Assembly: GCA_029953675.1 (NCBI GenBank)
Contig: JAMWBK010000002.1
Span: 1,178,001-1,242,000, forward strand
DNA length: 64,000 bases
Direction: 5' to 3'
Origin: Rhodosorus marinus CCMP1338
Lineage: Eukaryota; Plantae; Rhodophyta
Below the pieces are notes generated by a model. That model did not search any database, was not told the origin of the DNA, and worked only from the letters and a program-made list of their open reading frames with translations. Shown in pieces: positions 48,497 to 59,392 of the stretch. Position 1 is the first letter of the stretch. Each line of letters starts with the position of its first letter. The position numbers and the translations under genes are program-made.

Positions 48497-48911
48497 CATC
48501 TCCACCATACACTTTCAAGCTCCCTAGCCGCGCACCCTCCTTCATTCCGTTTCTTCAACAGCAAAACCGATCCGTTGTCCAATTCTTCAAAACTTAAAAA
48601 ACAAAACAAATTATACCTGCCACCTTATCCAAACACATCCCTTAACAGTCATCTTCAATTTTTCATCTATTCAATAACATTAGTCAAGTGTTTCAAATAT
48701 AAAATGGACTGAATTACTATAAACCAATAAAATATCTTAACTTTTTACCTGTATCCAATAATATTACTTAGTTGTTCTTTATCGAATTTGCTGGATGATA
48801 AGTTCCTATACCCCGCTTTATGTTTGTATAGCACCCAATTAAAATGCGATAATCGTGTATTAACCATTCACCGCTTAGCAGCTTTATTTCGTTAGCTAAA
48901 TATCATGTTAG

Positions 48912-49187
48912 GATGGACAACTGTCCAATGGATGTGGTCCCTGTACCTCGGCCTTTGAGGAGGCTAAGCGACGGTTTGGCGATTCTCTAGCAGTTAAAAG
49001 TCATTCATTTGTCGACGAGGTACGTTGGATTGGACTGTGTCTTCCCTTCGGCCAGACAGTTGGGTCCCGTTACCATCAGGGAACGCGGCAACGACGGCAA
49101 CCCTAGATTTCAATCTGCTTCGCACCGGTGAGCTAAAACGAATGGGCGGAGCTCGCGTCGAAGCTTGAAGTGGATGCTATCTGCTAG
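48912..49187 (+). pseudogene. Thioredoxin-like relic
   Basis: AG/GT-bounded 108-nt segment 48912-49019 encodes ...GCGPCTSAFEEAKRRFGDSLAVKSHSFVDE. A TGG (Trp) sits one base out of frame before CGPC. Downstream NEWAELASKLEVDAIC* resembles ELAxxxxVxAIP. No intact start or full ORF. Confidence 0.45.
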
Positions 49188-49464
49188 TCTTTGCTTAGCG
49201 CTCAGAGAAAACTATTCTCCTTGGAACACGTTGTTTTAGTGGAGGAAGTATAGTCTTCGTGGGGAGCAATGCGATCCAGAGTTTGCTGATGCATTGTGCG
49301 GACACCTACCTCGAGATGATCAGCTCATGCGCCTACTGTTTGAATCGGTGTTCTTCAGCTTGTGGAAGAGGGATCTGAGGGATAGCTGCCTCCCTGATTC
49401 GCAGAGCTCTGACGGAGCTGACGAGTCCTTTTTGAGCCCCTTTTTTTTGTTTACTTGCGGAGAC

Positions 49465-52400
49465 ATGACTTTGGAGATTGGTGACGAGACTATTCAGGTT
49501 GATGAAACCTTGCTAGGAGAAGGTGTACATGGAATCTTACCGGCAAAGAGGAAGAAGAAAAAGCGAGACGAGAGCGCCGCAAAGCTGCGCAAAAAGAATA
49601 GACGATTGGACAAGAAGCGGCAGAAGCAACTTGATGCGGCGAACAAGAAGCGCGAGCAGCGATTGCTCATGGAGGCTGCTGCGAAGAGTAACCTGAGCAC
49701 TGAATCACTGCAGCTGCTGCGACCGAGTTCGGAACTTGGAATTCGAAAGCAGTCGCGAAGAAACAGACTCAAGCGTGAACTGGCCAGATCACGGGCAAAC
49801 TTGCCACCCGAGTCTCGCGATGCGCGTCTTATGGTAGAGCGAGAGGTAGAACCTGGTAATGTCGAACTGGAAAACGACCAAAGTCAATCGGATGAGGTCT
49901 CGACGGACGGTGGAGGTTCAGCGCGCGACAGGTCAAGCAAGGACGGAACTTCAAGCGATAAAGCTTCTGCAGACGGCAGCGCTGGAGATCTCGATGATAA
50001 GGCGGAAGATGATGTGCACAACAAATATCATGAGCTACATGATAGCTCTCCTTTCAAAGTTGATTCTGAACACAGAGATTCTACCCCAGTTGAGCGAGAG
50101 GAAGGCATGGGCGACGGGACTGGAGAAAGAAATAAGAACGGCACAGATGTAGTTGAGTCGGTACCAATAATCAGGACTACTCGAACGAGAGCTCGAAGAA
50201 CCGGCTGGATGAGCGTATCCTCCGCTCGAGCCCTCTTAAACATTACTCAAGATCATCCGAAAGATGAACAGGCACAGGCACCACCCACAACGGTTGCAGA
50301 GGTTCTGGCTATTCTTGAGGCTGGCGAGAATGGGGCTGATGGTGGGGAAGAGCAAATCTCATCTAGTTTTGACGGAGAAGAATCCGCCGATGACAACTCC
50401 GAGGCTAGCTCGAGTGAAATTCATGAAACTGAGGAAACAATTCAAGACGCAAATGCTATGTCGTCTTCAGCACCGGAAAGCGGAAATCGAAGCCCGCGGC
50501 CAACGAAGCTGGTTGTCCAACCTAATCGGCCAGAAGCTCTCGCCGCTAAGCGACTAGAGCTGCCTGTCTGCGGTAAGTCCATATTCGTCCCCCTGCGAAC
50601 GTCTGTTCACTTTTCTTACGGCTTCATATTGGATTTCAAAACACCAACAGAGAAAGAGGACGAGATTATGGCGGCAGTCAACGAAGAAGATGTAATCGTT
50701 GTCACCGGCGGTACGGGAACCGGCAAAACCACTCAAGTGCCTCAGTTTCTTTACGAAGCTGGATTTGGAGACCCAAAGAGCACCGATTACAAAGGCGTTG
50801 TTGCGGTATGCTTGTCCACCGTCCTGTTCGCAGATCAATTCACTCTTGAGCTTTGCTACGGCCCTTGGGCTTGCCATACAAACTTGAGCTGTTGTGCTGA
50901 CGAGCTTGTCAACCCGATTTTTTAGGTGACGCAACCCCGGCGGGTGGCAGCAATGTCTTGCGCATCGCGAGTTAGTGAGGAACTGGGAGTGGATCTTGGG
51001 GACGCTGTCGGTTATCAAGTTCGTCACAAGGCGAAGACGTCGGAGAAAACCCGAATAAAGTTTGTTACGGACGGTGTCCTGTTGAGAGAAGCTCAAGATG
51101 ATCTCCTGCTGAGAAGATACTCGGCTGTGATTGTGGATGAAGCGCATGAGAGGTCCATTAACACAGACCTATTGCTAACCTTGCTTTCGAGGACGGTCAT
51201 GCTGCGTCGCGGAAGGGAGGAACTACCGCGGCTCAAGGTGGTCGTCATGTCGGCAACACTTGACGGGGAAGGAATATTCGACGGCCCCGCACCATTGTTT
51301 AAGGAGCATCGCCATGTGGAAATCGAAGCCAAACAGTTTCCAGTGACCATGCATTTTGCTAGGAAGACTGTCGATGACTACGTCGCGGAGGCGTTCAAGA
51401 AGCTTTGCAAAATCCATCGCAGACTACCGCAGGGAGGAGCACTGGTCTTCATGACTGGAAAGGATGAGGTACAGCTTCTGTGCTCACAGCTTGAAGAGGA
51501 GCTTGGGGACGCGGTGGTGATCCTTCCCTTGTATGCCATGCTTGCGGAGAAGCAACAGAAGAAAGTCTTCCGCGATTTTGGAGAAAGGAGAAAGATCGTG
51601 GTCGCAACAAATGTCGCGGAAACGTCGATAACAATACCGGATATAACCTACGTGGTGGACTGCGGACGCGTCAAACAGAAAATTAGCCAGGGTAGAGGTA
51701 TGCTCCTTGAACCTCCGTTTCTTGAAAACAGAATGTACCCGTATGTCGGAAGTCTGTCAACTCATCCTCGTGCTTTGCAGGTTTGCTGTCTACGTTTCGA
51801 GTTGGGTGGACATCGAAAGCATCGTCAACGCAGAGAGCTGGACGGGCTGGTCGAACTCAGCCGGGACACTGCTACAGGCTGTACTCGTCCGCTGTGTTCC
51901 AGAATGATTTCCCGGACACCACTCCTCCAGAAGTTTCTCGAGTCCCCATTGATTCGCTCGTCATTCGCCTACTGTCAATGGGTGTAACGGAAGTTGCTGA
52001 ATTTCCCCTGCCAACAAGACCACCAGCAGACGCCCTTCGATACGCTCTGGAAGTTTTGAGAACCCTCGGTGCCGTTGATAAAGTACGGAGCATTTAAAGC
52101 GTTAGTCGTAGGTTGTGTAGATCACTGATTATATCATATTGGGACTATATTTGGTTAACAGGAAAACGCCGTAACTAGTTTGGGTGAGACGCTTGGATCA
52201 ATCCCTATCGCACCGCGTTATGGCCGGCTCCTTCTCGTTGCTGCTGAAGGAGGCTGTTGGAGATACGCAGCTCGCATGGCGGCGGCTCTTAGCGTCGGAG
52301 AGCTCTTCATGAATGCGAGTCCAGTCGAGCTCAGGAAGCTTCCGTTCTGGAACGAAAAGAGCGATATTCTTACGCAACTTCACGCTGTTTGCGCGGCAGA

Positions 52401-53648
52401 GCACGAAATGCGGTGTGACGGTGGGTAGTCAGTCACAACCCCGCCAGATGGTGAGGAAGAGGGACCTGGAGAGTAGGACTCCTTCTAAACTATCCTCTAC
52501 GCTTCTATGCAGATGATTCCTTTGCCAGTTTTTGCCGTGAGTACCATTTGCATGCACGGAACGTAAGGGAGTCAATTTCCATAGCGCAACAAGTAGAGAG
52601 AATATACACCGAGTACGCTGATATTCCCGGCGACTCTCTGGGGGATAAGTTGAAGCCACCGCAGACTGCGGATTATGATACTCTGCTAGGAGCTATCCTC
52701 TCTGCGTTCCCAGACAACATCGCGAGGAGGGTGTCAAGGACCGAAAGTGAGGAGATGGGGGTAAAGGTATACCGTTTTAAGCGAAATATCTGCGCAACTT
52801 CGAAGCATTGGAAAGCAGAAGTTGAGAATTTATTGCTGTGGCCTGTGATCTGAAGGTATCGAGAGGTATGCTCCCGTTTAAAACGCCACTACTCGACGAC
52901 AAATGTATATTGCTCAGCACTGCGAGTCTCAAAAGTGAGGGTGAGCTGGAATATGTTTGCTTCTCGGAGCTTATTGAGACAACAAGCGAGGTTACGGATG
53001 AATCAAAGGTTTGCTCGGCAGATCGCAAGGCCTTTCACCACGAAGATATGGTCGATCTAAGGTCGTCCTCGGTATCGGATGTCCTTGAGATAGGTACGCA
53101 TGAAAGGGGCGACTATTGCAACGAGACAGACGATTGCGTCGAGATGTGCGGGCTTGTGTTCGTTTGGAGCGCCTCTGCTTTCACCGGAACCGTTCTATGA
53201 CCAGCGGAGTGACTCCGTGAAATGCTACGTCAAGGGCACCTACGGTCGTGCAGCGTTTCCACTCGGAATCGTGCAGCATGGTCTCACCGACGACCTACCA
53301 GGCGGTATGTGGATTGTGCAAGTATTCTATCCGTACAAGCTCTGTGGCCAACTAATTGGACTTGGTCCTTTCGCCGGAATAGATCCAGCGCGGCAAAGAT
53401 ACGAAGTCTTTTGCAAGGCCCTTCTGCAGGGAAAAGTGTTCCGTGGGCTGAAACTTGTCGCGCGGGGGAAGCAGGTTCCCCTATCGCTTTTGCACGCCGT
53501 TTGTGTATCCCTGAAAGCCGAAAAAGTGTCTTCCAAACACTCCATGATCGAAATGTGGACTGGTCGAAACCCGGCGTTCCTGCAGCAGGAGCTTACTCCC
53601 ATACTGAATTCGATCGGGCAGATGACTTGGCCACCTGTGAAAATCTGA
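49465..53648 (+). CDS. DHX37: DEAH-box RNA helicase DHX37/Dhr1 (U3 snoRNA release, SSU processome)
   Basis: Basic/acidic N-terminal extension; LPVC..EDEIMAAVNEEDVIVVTGGTGTGKTTQVPQFLYEAG; TQPRRVAAMS; DEAHERS; MSAT; QGGALVFMTG; VVATNVAETSITIPDI; QRAGRAGRTQPGHCYRLYSSAVF. Confidence 0.95.
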
Positions 53649-54094
53649 CCATTGATCAGAATCGTACTTCTAATTGGTCATACGATTGCAAAATACGAAC
53701 TGGAGTCACATGACAAGGATCCTTTTCTGAGTTGTTCCTATTTATTAATAACAAATTAGTTGAATAAGACCTGGATGGACGTGAAACAACTGCCCAACCG
53801 CTACTCAGCATCATCCCGCCACCCGGCAAGGCCGTACTGGCTGCAGTTCTCTTATTCCACTTTCACTGGTCGAGTTAGGGCCCGTCAGTTTGAGAGAAAT
53901 CAAGTGCCCCTGGGAAACCAAAGCATCGCTCAGGAATGGAAGTGAACGCGAGACCTTGTTCACTTTCGTCCGCTTGACATGCTCGTTTCACAGAAGAGCA
54001 GTGAAGTGGGATGAGTGATGAAAGCCTATTCTCTCTTTGCTCAGTCAATCCAACTGCTGCATTTGAAGTTTTCCGCTTTATGTGCTCCTTCACG

Positions 54095-55018
54095 TTACTC
54101 GATGATCTGTCCAGTGTTATAGTCGACCGCAGGAATATTAGGATCGTATTTGAAGTCAATAAGTAGTTGCATTATCCATTTTTCGCCTTTCGTCACGGCT
54201 TCAGCATAGTGAAGAAGGCCCTTGTTAGACTCGTAAAGAAGCGCGCTACCCGCTTTCGCTTGAACGGACAGTCCGATTTCTGGGAAACAGGTTTTGCCAC
54301 CACCACCATCCTCCATATCGTTGAGGTAGCAGAGCAAGGTCGCATCTTTGCCATCCACGTGCGGGGCAACTCCTTCATTAAGCAGATAGTGGACAACGGT
54401 TTGGTCTCTTATATACATGGTTCTCTTATTTGGCTTGTACCAAATGCCCTCCTCGAACTCGACGGTTCTGCCCTGCAAGCCCATGAGTCTCAAGAGCTCC
54501 GGCAAAATCGGTCTGACCAGCGGGGGTGGGACCTACAGCAGTAGTGGAAACAATTAGCGCACAGCACATGAAGCTTGCAAGGGGTTAAACCAGCTTACCT
54601 GGAGCCGAAATCCGCTTCCCATATCAGCGCTTAAGGTTGAAGTAGGAATGTTTTGCTCCTCTAGCAGCTGTTTAGCCTCTTCTGATGAAGTATCCTCTCT
54701 GTTTTCGGCATTTACCCGATAATTTAGGTACAAATCACTTTCTGCGTCTTTCTCATTCAGCTGCCGAGTTCTACGCGCATACTGCCTTAAAATCATGCAC
54801 CTCGTTGGGTCCAGAAAGTCCTCAACCATAATGATCGGTGGATCCTCGTGAATCAGTTTCGCCCGAGCAAACTCGTTCACGAGATCCATGTTCGGCAAAC
54901 CCCATTTCTCCAGAAGCCCTTTCAACTTTTCTGTCTTCTGTACTGCACAAACCCTACCCCTTCTCCCCGTCTGCGGCCTAAAATAAAAACCCAAAACCGG
55001 TCCTGCAAAGCAATACAT
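54095..55018 (-). CDS. Prolyl-4-hydroxylase-like 2OG-Fe(II) oxygenase with a plastid-type transit peptide
   Basis: ATG at 55018 MYCFAGPVLG...; LIHEDPPIIMVEDFL; VVHY...PHVDG; ATLLCYLND...GGKTCFP; GSALLY; LHYAEAVTKGEKW (HxD...H...K). One intron at about 54510-54597. Confidence 0.85.
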
Positions 55019-56474
55019 ATCAACGAAGCCAGACAAAACACCCCAAACACCCCTCAAAAAAAGACTCTCAGTAGGAACCCTAACTTCAAAACAGAGTCCC
55101 ACAAACCCCTCTCCGCCGCTTCCCCTCAGCAAAAGTGAGAAACCTCTGTCCAACTCCCAATTCCAAAACCTGCCACCACCTTACCAACTCAATTCCAGAC
55201 GAAGAAACATATCTGACCTCCCAAAGCCTTCGTTACGTATAGAGAACCTTCCTCTCCAAAACCCTAGAGCGGCCACATTGAACACAAACTCTACGAACAA
55301 AGAAACGCCATAAAATCGATCCACAGCCACTCGTCCACTTCCATCCAGTGAAAACCGTCAAAATGGATTGTCATCGGCCGCCGACACCGCATGTGAGAAA
55401 TTTCATAGACTGACCGATTATAAATTACATAAATTCATTATAACAACGTTATCGAATTTGATTCGTTAGATTGACAAGGGAAAACTATTTTTAGTTTTGT
55501 ATTAAGTATTTTTAAGATATTATGGTGGTCTTTATTTATGCTTTTAGGTGATTAATTGATAAAGTTTTTTGATGGTCTGTCTACGAAGTGGGAGTGGGTT
55601 GGGTTGGCGATGAAGAAGTGAGGGTTTTCGCGGCAGGAAATTGAAGTTCTTGATAAGGGAATGAGGTCTTAAGTTTTAGTGAGTCCTTGGAACCTTATGA
55701 GTTTTCCCCGTGCAACCTCTCCCCTCCCCCCCCCAGTCCCTCTCAACCCCTCACGGCTGCGATTACGGAAGGTGTTTGTTTGATATGAATGGAGGGACGA
55801 ACCTGCTGGGAAGTTCTTGAGCAGTCTTTTTCTGTCTTTGAGGGAGCTGGTTTCACTACATCACTACATACGGGCGCCGTCCGTGTACTTCGCAGTCCCC
55901 TTTGAGTAGGCGCGAAGATTTATGAACGGAAAGTCCACAGGAGCAACAGAAAGAACTCGTACTCTGTGGAGATGGACGATGACTTTGATGAGCCTTCTCC
56001 ACTGGGCTTAGACAGTTTGCAACAGACAAAACGTCGATAATAACTACCCATGGAAAGTACAGACTGGCCGGCGGGTGCAAGCCATCGCTCAGCAGGCGAA
56101 CAATATTTGATATCGATTTGGAATCTCAATTTTTCCCGGATGAGCTGAAGTGCGACTGTTTGTTTGAGAACAAAACCGAGGACGGTTAGGTAGTTCTTGT
56201 TGCTGGTTTAAGAGGTTCTCTGCCGCCTCGTACTTAAGACCTAGAGCTCACCCGCATTTTATTGCTTCGCAGAGTGCTGAACGTACTATACTTGGGATGG
56301 TGACTATGGAACCCTGATCTGTTCTTTGACGGTACCTGTGCGTTCGCAACTTTCTCAGATTTTTTGTTTTTGATGCACGCGGTCAGAGTTGCTGGAGAGG
56401 TGTTCCAGTCTTGACTTGATGAGAAAGCTTTTTTTCAACTCCGAAGGCACAGAACAGCACTAGACTCTCCCAGG

Positions 56475-59326
56475 ATGTCTGCTCGTATTCTTATTGGCCT
56501 TGGATCGAACCAGGGCGATCGGGTTGGTAAGAATTTGTTCGTCGAGGAGAGGCTTGCTCACTGTTCTTTCTCCCGCGCTTATCACGGATCCAGTTGACCC
56601 TATAGATATTTTGCATGTGTTCTTATACAACCAGGCAATTTTCGAAAAGCTCTCAACGAGATGGCAGCTTTCGCGCGGATCAAGAAGACGTCATTTGTTT
56701 ACAAATCCAAAGCGTAAGTTTCAGCAGGCCATGAAATAACACCTTATACATGGGCTGCCTTGAGACAGCACAGCAAGACCCAACAAGTCATTGCTATGGA
56801 GATGAGGTTTCGAAGATGCTGCAGTCGTCAAGCATCGCTGTTGGACGGGCATAAATGGAAAAGTGCTTTGATTGTGAAAGGCGAAACAGTGAGGGTTTAT
56901 CTTCATTTTTCCACCCTCGAGCTGATTGCATACACCTTTTTCTCGTGACCTGCACTCTAGCATGTACGAAGAGAATCAGTCTGACTTCTACAATGCCGCG
57001 TGCTGGATCCATACCCAGTTGAGACCCCCAGAACTTTTGAGAAAACTAAAAGATGTTGAAGAGTCTTTGGGGCGCGACCTGTACGCACCTCCTAACAGTC
57101 CAAGGCCTATTGACTTGGACATACTCTACTACGGTAAGGAGCGAAGCTCTCGACTTGAAAAGGAGACTGGTCGTTGCTCAATGCCACAACTTCCGACACA
57201 CAACTCTGAATTCAGAAACCAGATGACTTTGATTTTCAAAAATCTGCCTTGCATTCGACAGATTGGTTTGCTAGATTCTCAATTTCATTCCTTCGTCTTC
57301 CAGGGAGCACGAGGGTCAAAAACAGACTTTATGACCGCCAGACGTTATTCATTCCACATCCAGGAATACCGGAGAGGCCGTTCGTCCTTCGGCCTCTCAA
57401 GGACTTGGACGAAGCTATACCTGCCTTTGCTGACACTGCAAGCAAAGGAGTAACCTTTTGGTTGGATCGACACAGACAAAGGGATCCGTTGTGGACCAAC
57501 TGTCCAAGGGTAGCTAGCATTCCAAAGAGAGGTAGCCCCTGTACAAGACCAAAGCACGCCAGTCATGTTTGTTTTCTGAGGCTAGACAGTGTTCAAAAAC
57601 ATGTGTTTCTCGTAGACCTGGAGTTCGTCTGGGATAATCGAACGTATTCAATGGGCATAATCAACGCCACTCCGGATAGTTTCAGCAATGGCGGAGTGTA
57701 CACCGATGTAGAAAGTGCACTAGCTAGAGCAGAAGAGTTTGTTGCTGCAGGGTGCCAGATCGTGGATGTGAGCTCATGTTTAAATATGTATTTAGGCATT
57801 GGGAGATCCGAAGTTCACATTTCACCTGCTCTTGTTTGTTACCCGGTCAGGTTGGAGGTCAGAGTACACGACCAGGTGCGGAAGAGATTGATCCAGACGC
57901 AGAAAGCAAGAGAGTGGTAAGCGAAATCACTCGTATCGTATAGATTTCTATATAGCCTTTAGACGTCCGTCAGGACCAATTGGCTATCCATATGTGACTT
58001 GTCTGGCTTATCGATGCAACTCCGTTCGCTGTGCATTGTGTCGGTTCTTCCCGTGGATGATAGCTTCCCATCATTCGAGCCATTCGACAGCGGTTCCCGA
58101 AGGTGGCCATTAGTATTGACACGTTTTGGTCCGTCGTAGCTGACCGAGCGGTACGTAGCCACTGCCTGGGTATCTTACAAACCTATTTCAATTTGTTTGT
58201 TCGCAGCTTTTATAGCTGCACGTTCGTTGTTTGGGCGTTTCTGGGGAGACCATCTTGAGCCTCCTTCTGGATAGACTCACCTCACGAGACTCCTTACGTC
58301 AGCAGACTTCTGAAAGCTGAACTTTCGACTCTGTTTCTCTGGAAAAGGTCCGCGCTGGAGCGGATATTGTCAATGACATTAGCGCGGGGAAGAGGGACCC
58401 GGAGATGTTTGAGACCGTGAAAACCCTGGGTAGGTCGGATTTCTGCAAGAACTTCTACCGATGCTACGTTCTGACACCAGTCGCGGACGGTATTATACCA
58501 TAGGAGTCCCATACGTAATCATGCACACGAGAGGAAATCCCTCGAACATGATGTCCTTTGCCACATATCGGCGCGATGAAACGCTGTACAGTCAAGTTGC
58601 GACAGAGCTAAGGGAAAGTATTCACGATGCAATGGGGTCTGGTAAGTCCTAGAGGGAGTTAGTCCTCTGCTCCATGCGGTTTCAAGGTCACTGTGCAAAT
58701 TCAAGCTAGCTTCTTACATTAGCATTCTTGCATTTAGGAATTCCACGATGGGATATCATTGCAGACCCAGGGTTTGGTTTCGCCAAGGTAAGTCGCGAAA
58801 CTGATGCGTAGTCCGATCCAAGATCTTCCTCACCTAAAACCGTAGCAATGGCTGTCCGATCGGTTGAATAGGACTCGGATCATAACCTGGAGCTCTTGAA
58901 GACCCTAGATCTATTCAAGGTGAGATAGTTTACGTATACCCTGCCCTGGATCCAACACCGCCTACCACTGAACCAAAACTTGGGTTCTCAGGACAAGCTG
59001 CGAGGTTTCCCTATGCTGACCGGAACCTCTCGAAAGGCCTTTATCGGCAAAATCCTTAACGACGCCCGCCCTAAAGACCGTGACTTCGGCACGGCTGCAG
59101 CTGTAAGACCGAGCTCGAATCCAGTTGCACATTCCAGCTGCTTCGATTGTTAAGAAACTCGCTTCCCCTTGCGATCGAATAGGTTACACTGTCCGTAGCA
59201 CTTGGGAGCAACATCGTCAGGTTTCACAATCCTCGAGTGGCGGACGCTGTAGCAGTTGCAGAGGAGGTTCTCAAAAATCAGAAAGCAGTTTTGGCTCCTT
59301 TGAAAGGGGCTCCGGGTTCCAACTAG
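56475..59326 (+). CDS. folKP: Bifunctional HPPK-dihydropteroate synthase (folate synthesis)
   Basis: ILIGLGSNQGDR; FYNAAC; LLRKLKDVEESLGR; PRPIDLDILYY; IPHPGIPERPFVLRPL; MGIINATPDSFSNGG; VGGQSTRPGA; VNDISAG; VIMHTRG; IIADPGFGFAK; MLTGTSRKAFIG; IVRFHN. About 11 exons. An upstream exon is possible. Confidence 0.95.
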
Positions 59327-59392
59327 GAGTTTCTTTGTACATTGAGTCTCATCATATTACACTCGGACGTAAGCATATAGCAACGTTCTCCG

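Noticed and set aside
49294-49464. N-terminal extension of DHX37 in the ORF track
   Set aside because: TTG start with non-conserved-looking sequence; ATG at 49465 after a T-rich tract is the more plausible start.
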